From: an uncultured bacterium
Lineage (GTDB): Bacteria > Abyssobacteria > SURF-5
Length of the DNA: 14,608 bases
Direction of reading: 5' to 3'
Assembly (NCBI GenBank): GCA_964607485.1
Contig: CAZSKP010000064.1
Location: 1-14,608 of the forward strand
The position numbers and the translations under genes are program-made. The notes below the pieces were generated by a model that did no database searches, had not been told where the DNA came from, and worked only from the letters and a program-made list of their open reading frames with translations. Shown here piece by piece: positions 1 through 7,536 of this stretch (position 1 is the stretch's first letter; each line of letters opens with the position of its first letter).

Positions 1-21
1 CTTTTCCATGTTCTTATCCAT
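1..21 (-). CDS. 5' end of an unidentified gene running off the left edge (MDKNMEK...)
   Basis: On the minus strand, a strong Shine-Dalgarno (GGGAGGAG, 36-29) lies 7 nt before an ATG at 21-19, and the frame is open to the window edge. It starts 45 bp after the stop of the anti-sigma-like gene. The product cannot be judged from 7 codons. Confidence 0.6.
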
Positions 22-66
22 AAAGTTTCTCCTCCCTTTCCTCTCCCGGTTGGTTCAGAGCTCGGC

Positions 67-957
67 CTATCGGCCTCTGCCGACGTGCCTCTTCCTCTCC
101 CGGTCCGATTCGGCCTCTTTCCTCAGTGACTTCAATATTTCATTGTATATCCTGAAATGCGCCTGGTCCAGAATCCACTTCGCTCCGAAAAGGAGTCCCA
201 GGGCAGTGAATTGTATGAAGTAGCGATGGGTGAAGAACGAAACGCCGATTGTTATGAGGGCGGCCGCGAGCCAGACGTGCGCGCGAATGATTTCCCCGAT
301 GCTCCTGCGCCGGGCAAATAGGAACCCCAGGCTCTTTCTTGGCGGCGCGATCACCGCGCCGCAGGTCGGGCAGAACCGGCTGGCCGCAGGAATCGGCTGA
401 CGGCAGGATATGCACAGGAGCGCGACGGTCGCCGGCTTGAGCTGAGCGCCGCAGCTCGAGCATGTGGACGCTTCGCGCGCATTCTCCTCATGGCACAGCG
501 GGCATCTCACGTGCGCAGGGGGAAGAGTGGATTTTATGAGGCGGAGCGTTTTTTCTCGCGTATCGCTGTCGGGTTCTGCAAAACCCTCTTCCTCTTGTTT
601 TTCCAGCGCCCTACGAATCTGGATAAGGTTGTCCCGACACGCAGGGCAGTCGGCAAGGTGCTCCTCGGCTCCCGTACGCTGCTCGGGTGAGAGCAAGTCT
701 TCGAGGTAGTTCGCCAGCACTATCGGTGGCAAGCAGCCTGAAGCCGTGCCTCCCGGGGGAGCGGCCTTGGAGTCGAGCGCGACGAGGCTGCTCCGCACGA
801 GAGAATCGAAGCGCTTGAACGACTCAACCTTTTTCGCGCAGCGAGGACAAGACCGGATGTGCTCCGCGAGTTTGCCCTGGCGCAACTCATCCGACTGTGC
901 GCTTGCGTATTCGCTCAGGTCTTTTAATGATGGATGGCGTCGCAGCACTTTTCTCAC
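67..957 (-). CDS. Putative zinc-binding anti-sigma factor: tandem zf-HC2 (ZAS) domains, double zinc ribbon and C-terminal transmembrane hairpin
   Basis: 296-aa ORF directly downstream of an ECF sigma gene. Two HxxxCxxC motifs (HIRSCPRC, HLADCPAC); two CxxC-x10-CxxCG ribbons (CPLC..CSSCG, CISC..CPTCG); two hydrophobic segments (VWLAAALITIGVSFF, YFIQFTALGLLFGAKWIL). GGGAGG lies upstream; the start could be GTG 957 or GTG 948. Confidence 0.8.
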   Translation of the reverse strand: MRKVLRRHPSLKDLSEYASAQSDELRQGKLAEHIRSCPRCAKKVESFKRFDSLVRSSLVALDSKAAPPGGTASGCLPPIVLANYLEDLLSPEQRTGAEEHLADCPACRDNLIQIRRALEKQEEEGFAEPDSDTREKTLRLIKSTLPPAHVRCPLCHEENAREASTCSSCGAQLKPATVALLCISCRQPIPAASRFCPTCGAVIAPPRKSLGFLFARRRSIGEIIRAHVWLAAALITIGVSFFTHRYFIQFTALGLLFGAKWILDQAHFRIYNEILKSLRKEAESDRERKRHVGRGR

Positions 958-988
958 TTCCTCCCGGGTGCAGCCTTGAGGAGACGAC

Positions 989-1606
989 TCATGCGATTCC
1001 CACCTTGTTCAGACGCCTGAAGAGCTTTCTCTTTATTCGGAACAGCCTGGTCGAAACCGTATTTATTGGAATGTTCGCGACGTTGGCTATTTCCTTGTAT
1101 TTCAGGCTATCAACATAATACCATTTTAGCAGGAGTTGTTCATCGGGACGGAGTTGCTTCACGGCGTCCGACACCCGCTCCATCGTCTCCGAGTCACTCG
1201 ATTCGGAAGGAGAATATGAGGCTCTCTGTTCCGCCACACGGGAATGAGCGGCGGCGGAATGCGAGTTGCGGCCCTTCTTCCGAACGAAGTCGATCGCCTT
1301 GTGTAGGGCGACTGCGCAGAGCCACGACTCTATCCTGTCGCGATTTTTGATCGAAGCGAGCGCCCGGCAGTCGTTCTCCACGAGGTCCTTGAAAACCTCC
1401 TGGAAGATGTCGTCGGCATCGGCCTTTGCGTCGGCCAGCCCGAGCGAGGCCAATTTTCGGACCACCGTACCGTAAATCAGAGGACCATATCGGCGGAGGA
1501 ATTCGTCCCACGCATCTTGTTCGTACTGTGTGCATTTCTCCACGAGGGAACTGGCAGGCAGGGATGCCAATTGAGAATGGGAGTCCTTGTGAGTGGCTGA
1601 AGACAA
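989..1606 (-). CDS. RNA polymerase sigma-70 factor, ECF subfamily
   Basis: 205 aa with region 2 (AWDEFLRRYGPLIY...DADDIFQEVF...WLCAVALHKAIDFVRKK) and a region 4 HTH (LRPDEQLLLKWYYVDSLKYKEIANVANIPINTVSTRLFRIKRKL). TTG start is approximate. Confidence 0.93.
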   Translation of the reverse strand: MSSATHKDSHSQLASLPASSLVEKCTQYEQDAWDEFLRRYGPLIYGTVVRKLASLGLADAKADADDIFQEVFKDLVENDCRALASIKNRDRIESWLCAVALHKAIDFVRKKGRNSHSAAAHSRVAEQRASYSPSESSDSETMERVSDAVKQLRPDEQLLLKWYYVDSLKYKEIANVANIPINTVSTRLFRIKRKLFRRLNKVGIA

Positions 1607-1689
1607 AGGCTTTCACCACATCTCTTGACTGCGGTTTGCCGCTCTCGCGAGTGAAAACAGCACCCGCCCCTTGCGAGCGTCAGGGAAGA

Positions 1690-1718
1690 ATATTAACAAA
1701 AATGTGACGAATTGTCCA
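1690..1718 (-). promoter_or_regulatory. sigma70-type promoter for the ECF sigma/anti-sigma unit
   Basis: Minus strand reads TGGACA (1718-1713), a 17-nt spacer, then TAATAT (1695-1690) preceded by a TGn extended -10, in an AT-rich patch about 85 bp upstream of the ECF start. Confidence 0.55.
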
Positions 1719-1823
1719 CACCTTTTAGGGGCGACCTCTATTGTAGAATCATCTGCGCACCTTCTTTCGATATTCCTCTTTTTCCACAACATATTTCCCT
1801 CGATAAGACCGGTCACCCCGCAG

Positions 1824-1895
1824 CGAGCGGCGAAGGCGCATCCTCACTATGGGCCGCGAAAGGGGCAGCCGAACGCCGCTCGATATTTTTTCTTC
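1824..1895 (+). other. GC-rich stem-loop followed by a T tract (terminator-like) between the divergent promoters
   Basis: Perfect 9-bp inverted repeat CGAGCGGCG (1824-1832) / CGCCGCTCG (1874-1882), further inner pairing GGC/GCC, followed by ATATTTTTTCTTC. The enclosed region is long for a classical terminator. Confidence 0.4.
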
Positions 1896-1913
1896 TCCCA
1901 CCCGCGTAAGCCC

Positions 1914-1942
1914 TTGACATTATCCACGAAAAATGCTATAAG
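1914..1942 (+). promoter_or_regulatory. sigma70-type promoter for the sfrB-sfrA-nuoJKLMN-atp unit
   Basis: TTGACA (1914-1919), a 17-nt spacer, then TATAAG (1937-1942) with a TGn extended -10 (TG at 1934-1935). Predicted TSS about 1949. Confidence 0.8.
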
Positions 1943-2098
1943 GTAATGCTGTGACTTTTGGGGATGCGCCGCCGCTTGCGACATCACCGAAGCCGGCCTT
2001 TCCCAAAAGAATACCCCCACCTCCTCGTACCGGCACAGATGCCGTGCAGTCGCCCCATATGTTGCACGGCAGTTAGAGTATTAGGAGATACAATCACA

Positions 2099-4057
2099 TT
2101 GGCGGAAATATTCTTCGACAGTTGGTTTGTGGAACCCTGCGGCAAACTCGTCGGCGAGCAGACGCTTGCCTCCGTCCCGGAAGCCCATAAGAAATTCTTT
2201 CTGGGCACGAAGTGTCCCGCCGACTTGAAAGCGGTCGTCGGATGGGGAGGCTTGGTGCTTCTGAGCGAAGAGGTATGCCCCGTGCAGCTTATGGTGAGCT
2301 TCTTCGAGCAGGTCCAGGCCAAATCCTGCGGCAAGTGCTTTCCCTGCCGTGTGGGCTCGCGGGTCGTATACGACCTCCTATGCCGCATAGCAGCCGGCGA
2401 AGGGGAGGCCCGTGATATCGAAAAGCTGAAGCCGCTTGTGACCGACATACGAAGCGCGGCACTGTGCGGCTTCGGGATAGCGATGGAAAAACCGCTCGTC
2501 GATGCGCTGGAGAATTTCAGAGCCGAATTCGAGGCCCATCTGAACGGGAAGAAGTGCGACGCGCCCAAGACCGAGTCGATAATGATAGCTCCCTGCAACG
2601 TCGGCTGCCCCGCCTCGACCGATGCGGCCCGCTACATCGAGCTCATCAGGGAGCGTAAGTACGTCACCTCGATTGATGTGGCGCGAGCACCCAATCCGTT
2701 TGCCGCAGTGTGCGGGCGCGCCTGTTTCCATCCGTGCGAAACTCTCTGCAAACGCTCGACCGTCGACGAGCCGATTTCGATAGCATACCTCAAACGCGTC
2801 GTCTCGGATTACGAAAAGAAGCTGATAAAACAGAAACAATACCGTTTCGCGCCCCACGTCTCCACGGGCGAGAAGGGCAAGGTCGCCGTCATAGGAACTG
2901 GCCCGGCCGGCGCCACGTGCGCCCGCGAGCTTGCCGCGTGGGATTACGATGTCACGATATTCGAGGCCGCCCCGGTCGTCGGCGGCACCACGCACCTGGG
3001 CATCCCCGCGTATCGTCTGCCGCGCGATATCGTAAACGGCGAGATAGAACAGGTACAGGCTTATGGCGTCAAGGTCAAGACCAACACAGCCCTTGGAAAA
3101 GATTTTTCGATTCAGGACCTGTTCGACCAGGGCTTCAAGGCGGTCTTCCTCGCCATCGGCGCCATGAAGGGCAGAAAGCTCGGCATCCCCGGCGAAGAGG
3201 AAAACGAGGGCATAATGGACGCCATGGATTTTCTGCGGCGCGTCAACCTCGGCGACGAATCGCGCATCGGCAGGAAGGTGATAGTCATCGGGGGCGGCAA
3301 CTCCGCCATCGATGCCGCACGCGTGCCGGCCCACCTCGGTTATGAAGACGTGAACATCGTGTACAGGCGTACCCGCAAGGAGATGCCCGCCAGCCCGTGG
3401 GAGGTCGAGGAGGCCGAACACGAAGGCGTGAAACTGCATTTTCTGGCGGCGCCCACGCGCGTCCTCGGCAAGGACGGCAAGGTCACGGGGCTCGAGTGCA
3501 TTCGGATGGAACTGGGCGAGCCCGACGAGAGCGGACGCCGCAGGCCGGTGCCCATCAAGGGCTCCGAGTTCACGATAGAGGCCGACCTCGTCGTCGCCGC
3601 CGTGAGCCAGGCGCCAGACATGGAATATTTCAAGAAGATCGACGGGTTGGGCGTGACCAAGTGGAGCACGTTCGAGATCGATCCCGATACGATGCAAACG
3701 ACGTTGCCCGGCGTGTTCGCGGGCGGCGACGCCGCCACCGGCCCCCAGTCGGTCATCATGGCGGTCCAGACCGGGCTGCAGGCGGCCGTCTCGATAGACA
3801 AGTACCTGAGCGGCGGAAAACACGAAGAGTTTGACACGCTGATGCGGATGCGCAAGATCGTCCAAGCGCTCGGGCCGGTCGAGGATTCGGAGCACTGCGC
3901 GGGAGTGAGCGGCCTGGAACGGGCGAAGATGCCCGCCATTCCGCCCAAGGAGCGCATCGGCAATTTCAACGAGGTCGAGCTGGGCTTCAGCGAGCAGACC
4001 GCCGTCGCCGAGGCCGAGCGCTGCATGAGGTGTTATAGGATTATCATGACCGCCTGA
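2099..4057 (+). CDS. sfrB: SfrB-like NADPH-dependent FAD/Fe-S oxidoreductase (NuoF-type 4Fe-4S domain fused to a GltD/NfnL-like domain)
   Basis: Start re-assigned to TTG 2099 (AGGAGA at 2083-2088), giving MAEIFFDSW..., 652 aa. NuoF N3 motif SCGKCFPC...LCGFG; GltD-type APCNVGCP and CGRACFHPCETLC; FAD GxGxxG (GTGPAG); NADPH-type GGGNSA followed by YRRT; MELGEPDESGRRRPVP; GVFAGGD; C-terminal EAERCMRC. Architecture and the N-terminal F-x-S-W and GWxG motifs match my recollection of Geobacter SfrB. Confidence 0.82.
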   Translation: MAEIFFDSWFVEPCGKLVGEQTLASVPEAHKKFFLGTKCPADLKAVVGWGGLVLLSEEVCPVQLMVSFFEQVQAKSCGKCFPCRVGSRVVYDLLCRIAAGEGEARDIEKLKPLVTDIRSAALCGFGIAMEKPLVDALENFRAEFEAHLNGKKCDAPKTESIMIAPCNVGCPASTDAARYIELIRERKYVTSIDVARAPNPFAAVCGRACFHPCETLCKRSTVDEPISIAYLKRVVSDYEKKLIKQKQYRFAPHVSTGEKGKVAVIGTGPAGATCARELAAWDYDVTIFEAAPVVGGTTHLGIPAYRLPRDIVNGEIEQVQAYGVKVKTNTALGKDFSIQDLFDQGFKAVFLAIGAMKGRKLGIPGEEENEGIMDAMDFLRRVNLGDESRIGRKVIVIGGGNSAIDAARVPAHLGYEDVNIVYRRTRKEMPASPWEVEEAEHEGVKLHFLAAPTRVLGKDGKVTGLECIRMELGEPDESGRRRPVPIKGSEFTIEADLVVAAVSQAPDMEYFKKIDGLGVTKWSTFEIDPDTMQTTLPGVFAGGDAATGPQSVIMAVQTGLQAAVSIDKYLSGGKHEEFDTLMRMRKIVQALGPVEDSEHCAGVSGLERAKMPAIPPKERIGNFNEVELGFSEQTAVAEAERCMRCYRIIMTA

Positions 4058-4092
4058 TGAGGCGGTCACTTTGTGAGGCAAAGAAGTTCCCG

Positions 4093-6663
4093 ATGGTCAA
4101 CCTGACGATAGACGAAAAGAGCGTGAGCGTTCCCAAAGGCACGACGATTCTCGCGGCCGCCGCCTCGGTCGGGATCGAAATCCCGACCCTCTGCTATCAT
4201 CCCAAGCTGTCTCCTATAGGTGCCTGCAGGGTGTGTCTTGTGGAAGTAGAGGGCGAAAGCAGGCCGGTGGCCTCATGCGACACTCCGGTGCGTGAAGGCA
4301 TGGTCGTGCGCACGAACACCGACGAGATTGCGCGTCAGCGAAAGCAGATGCTGCAGTTCGTGCTCCTGCACCATCCCCTCGATTGTCCCGTCTGCGACAA
4401 GGCGGGCGAGTGCGAGGTGCAAGATATCACCGTGGACATGTGCATACTGGAACAGCCCTTCCGGTCGGCCAAGCCTGAGAAGGCGAAGGAAGAGCTTTCA
4501 CCCGTCGTCGACCTGTGGCACACGCGCTGCATCATGTGCGGGCGCTGTGTGCAGATCTGCAAGGAGGTCCAGGGCGCGCGTGCGGTCGACTATGTTGTCC
4601 GGAGCGGCTTTGTCTCGAAGGTGGGCCCGACCGAGCATGGCGGCTATCCGTGCGAGAGCTGCACGCAGTGCCTTTCCGTGTGCCCCGTGGGCGCGATACT
4701 CGACTCGACGTTCCGCTACAGCGCGCGCGCATGGCAGCTCACGAAGGTAGATTCGATATGCACGTTTTGCGGCGTCGGGTGTTCGTATGAGCTGAACGTT
4801 CGCGAGAATAAAGTTTACAGGGTTACTGTCCGCGATTTTCAAGGATACAACAGGGGCAATCTTTGCTCCGTCGGCAGGTTCGGCAGAGACGTGGCCCACA
4901 GCGAATCGCGCCTGACGAGCCCGGCAGTCCGTAAGAACGGCGGCCTGCTGAACGTGGGTTGGGACGAAGCTCTCGACTATGCGGCCGACAGGCTGAAGGA
5001 GATAGTTGCCGCGCAGGATGGCAACAGCGTCGCCGGGCTGGCATCGGCTCGATGCTCGAACGAGGCGCTCTTCGCGTTCCAGCGACTGATGCGCGAAGGG
5101 CTGGGGACCAACCGCCTCGACATGCCCACTCATCTGAACAATCTCGCGCTCATAGAGACCATGACCGACGTGTACGGCGTGCCCGCCCCCACCGCAACCC
5201 TATCGGACATCGACGAAGCCGACGCCGTGCTCGTCGTCGATTCGAACATCATCTGCACTCATCCGGTCGCCGCGCTGGAGGTTTTGCGCGTTCATAACGC
5301 GGGCTCCGCGAACGTATTCGTCGTCGGTCACCGTTCGAATAAGCTCAGCACACAGTGCGTCCAGTTTGCCAGAACCATGCCCGGGTCGGAAACGGCTCTT
5401 TTGAACTGTCTGGCGAACCTTCTGGTCGAAAAGGGCGTCCTGGACGACGATGCGCTCGCGCATCGCGCCGATGGCTACGACAAGCTGAAGCTGCACCTGG
5501 TGAGATACTCACTCACCGAAACGGCCGTCCGAACCGGAGTCGATCCCTCGGTCATCTCGGAGATTGCCGAAGGGATCGCGAGAGCGAAGAACTTCCTGCT
5601 GGTCCTCTCGCCGGGAAGTCTGCATTCCGCCGTGAACTCCTCGATTGCCCGCGCCGCCGTGAACCTCGCCGTGCTGAAGGGCGGCAAGGTGCTCTCGCTG
5701 GTGCGCGAAGGCAACGCTCAGGGCGCTCTCGACATGGGAATTTCACCCGATTTTCTTCCGGGCTACAAAGAGGCCGCCGGGACGGGCAACGGTCCTCTCG
5801 GCGTCTTTGACGTCCTGCGGGGCGTGGAATCGGGCGAGATAAAGGCACTTTACCTCATGGGGGGCGACATCCGGCGGGAGATGGCCCTGCTCGGCCTGCC
5901 TCTGGAGACGCTCCAGTCGCTCGAACTGCTCGTTGTGCAAGATGTCTTCGGCGGGCCGGTGAGCGAGATGGCGCATGTGGTCCTACCCGCGTGCAGCTTT
6001 GCCGAACGCGACGGCTCCTACACGAGCGCCTATCGTATCCCCCAGCACAGTGCGCGCGCCATAAGACCCATCGGACAGTGTCGGCCCGACCTCGAGATCC
6101 TCTCCGACCTCGGACACAGATTGGGCCTGGCGGCGCTGGATTCGGCGGAGGCCGTCAGAGACCAGATTGCTTCGTCGGTTCCCATATACGGATTCATGGC
6201 GGGCTCGCGCGGGCTGCAGGGAGTCGGCGCATGGGACTACTCGGAGGTCGCCTCAGGCGCAAGGCATAAGCTCTCCGCGGTGACGGAAAGCCGGTCGGAG
6301 ACTGATGGGGCATATCCTTACGTTCTGACTTTTGACAACATGCTGCACTTCGGCGGCGCGACCTCTATTCATTCGCCCAGCCTGGCAAAGATCAGGGCGG
6401 ATGGGGTGGTCGAACTCAGCGAGGACGATGGAAGAGCTTTGGGAGTGAAGGACGGAACGATCGTGGAGTTGAAGGTAAAGGGGGCCGGTTCCGCAGCGTT
6501 GCCCGTACGAATCAGCAGGGAACTGCCGCAGGGTGTCGTCAGCGTCCCCGCGCATGATTTTGAGGTTATTCAGAAACTGATATCGAAGCTGGACGCCTCG
6601 ACCTTCAGGGCGGAACAGGGCGCGCCCGTGTGGTTTGCCGGCATCGTCGCGGCAAAGGATTGA
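4093..6663 (+). CDS. sfrA: SfrA/NuoG-like multi-Fe-S protein of the molybdopterin oxidoreductase fold, lacking the catalytic metal ligand
   Basis: Likely start ATG 4093 (MVNLTIDEKSV), 856 aa. 2Fe-2S motif IPTLC..GACRVC..C; HPLDCPVCDKAGEC; CIMCGRCVQIC and CESCTQCLSVCP; CTFCGVGC..GNLC; later motifs VVLPACSFAERDGSYT and a molybdopterin-dinucleotide-like C-terminal domain. NRLDMPTHLNN replaces the FDH 'NNxDxCARxC/U-H' site. Confidence 0.82.
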   Translation: MVNLTIDEKSVSVPKGTTILAAAASVGIEIPTLCYHPKLSPIGACRVCLVEVEGESRPVASCDTPVREGMVVRTNTDEIARQRKQMLQFVLLHHPLDCPVCDKAGECEVQDITVDMCILEQPFRSAKPEKAKEELSPVVDLWHTRCIMCGRCVQICKEVQGARAVDYVVRSGFVSKVGPTEHGGYPCESCTQCLSVCPVGAILDSTFRYSARAWQLTKVDSICTFCGVGCSYELNVRENKVYRVTVRDFQGYNRGNLCSVGRFGRDVAHSESRLTSPAVRKNGGLLNVGWDEALDYAADRLKEIVAAQDGNSVAGLASARCSNEALFAFQRLMREGLGTNRLDMPTHLNNLALIETMTDVYGVPAPTATLSDIDEADAVLVVDSNIICTHPVAALEVLRVHNAGSANVFVVGHRSNKLSTQCVQFARTMPGSETALLNCLANLLVEKGVLDDDALAHRADGYDKLKLHLVRYSLTETAVRTGVDPSVISEIAEGIARAKNFLLVLSPGSLHSAVNSSIARAAVNLAVLKGGKVLSLVREGNAQGALDMGISPDFLPGYKEAAGTGNGPLGVFDVLRGVESGEIKALYLMGGDIRREMALLGLPLETLQSLELLVVQDVFGGPVSEMAHVVLPACSFAERDGSYTSAYRIPQHSARAIRPIGQCRPDLEILSDLGHRLGLAALDSAEAVRDQIASSVPIYGFMAGSRGLQGVGAWDYSEVASGARHKLSAVTESRSETDGAYPYVLTFDNMLHFGGATSIHSPSLAKIRADGVVELSEDDGRALGVKDGTIVELKVKGAGSAALPVRISRELPQGVVSVPAHDFEVIQKLISKLDASTFRAEQGAPVWFAGIVAAKD

Positions 6664-6667
6664 GAGC

Positions 6668-7213
6668 ATGGTGTTGTCGTTTTACATATTGGGAGCGGCG
6701 ATGCTGTTCTCCTCGTTGATGGTTGTGACCCGCCGTAACCCGATGCACTCGGCTCTGTGGCTGCTGGTGACCTTCCTGAGTCTTGCGGGCATATACCTTC
6801 TGCTCAACGCGGAGTTTGTGGCCGCAGTACAGGTAATCATATACGCCGGCGGAGTGCTCGTGCTGTACATTTTTGTTATGATGCTCGTGGACCTGTCGAA
6901 AGAGGCCGCATTGCGGGCCGCGTTCAGCAAGCCGAGGCAGCTTCTGTTCGCCATCGTGTTCGCGGGCCTGCTGCTGGCCGTCGTTCTGTGGGTCAGCATC
7001 CAGGGCATCGTGCCCTTCACGATCGAAGAGACGGCGAGCGTGACGGCAGCGGCCGACACGACGCGCGCCTTTGCAAGGGAACTATTCCTTACGTATCTGT
7101 ATCCTTTCGAGATTGCATCGGTATTGTTGCTGGTGGCGATGATAGGTTCCGTCGTCCTGGCGCGCCGGGGGGTGACGCCCCCGAAATCCTCGGAGGAGAG
7201 AGAGACCGGATGA
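6668..7213 (+). CDS. nuoJ: NADH-quinone oxidoreductase subunit J
   Basis: ATG 4 bp after the upstream stop; motifs RRNPMHSALWL, LNAEFVAAVQVIIYAGGVLVLYIFVMML, YLYPFEIASVLLLVAMIGSVVLAR. Confidence 0.95.
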   Translation: MVLSFYILGAAMLFSSLMVVTRRNPMHSALWLLVTFLSLAGIYLLLNAEFVAAVQVIIYAGGVLVLYIFVMMLVDLSKEAALRAAFSKPRQLLFAIVFAGLLLAVVLWVSIQGIVPFTIEETASVTAAADTTRAFARELFLTYLYPFEIASVLLLVAMIGSVVLARRGVTPPKSSEERETG

Positions 7214-7512
7214 TTCCGCTTACCCATTCCATGGCGCTCGGGGCAGCCCTGTTCTGCATTGGGATGCTCGGCTTCCTCATCAGGCGCAACATCATAGTGA
7301 TTTTCATGTCGATAGAGCTGATGCTCAATGCGGTCAATTTGAATCTTGTTGCTTTTTCCAATCAGTTCCATTCCGCTCACGGACAGGTGTTTGCCGTTTT
7401 CGTGATAACGGTGGCCGCGGCCGAGGCCGCTACCGGCCTGGCCATACTCATTGCGCTTTACAGAATCAGTCGCGCGGTCAATGCCGATGAGGCAAGCGCG
7501 TTGAAATGGTAA
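7210..7512 (+). CDS. nuoK: NADH-quinone oxidoreductase subunit K
   Basis: 100 aa, ATGA overlap with the nuoJ stop; RRNIIVIFMSIELMLNAVNLNLVAF and GQVFAVFVITVAAAEAATGLAI with both conserved glutamates. It is the 3' part of track ORF 6757..7512. Confidence 0.96.
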   Translation: MIPLTHSMALGAALFCIGMLGFLIRRNIIVIFMSIELMLNAVNLNLVAFSNQFHSAHGQVFAVFVITVAAAEAATGLAILIALYRISRAVNADEASALKW

Positions 7513-7536
7513 TTCCTAAGCGATAGAGCCCGAACG

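Noticed and set aside
1849-1872. SRP RNA-like motif (CGAAAGGGGCAGCC)
   Set aside because: Resembles the SRP tetraloop helix but lacks the conserved CAGG and AGCA internal-loop pairing.
1958-2098. 47-aa N-terminal extension of the sfrB ORF in the track
   Set aside because: Begins about 10 nt after the predicted TSS with no SD; a good SD and family-like N-terminus point to TTG 2099.
2099-4057. Glutamate synthase small subunit (gltD)
   Set aside because: Has an extra NuoF-type Fe-S domain and permuted cysteine motif, no gltB nearby, and is paired with an SfrA/NuoG-like gene.
2378-4081. 567-aa minus-strand ORF
   Set aside because: Antisense shadow of the well-supported sfrB-like gene; no recognisable motifs; expected in GC-rich coding DNA.
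4093-6663. Formate dehydrogenase alpha subunit or selenoprotein
   Set aside because: No Cys/Sec-His at the metal-ligand position and no in-frame TGA.
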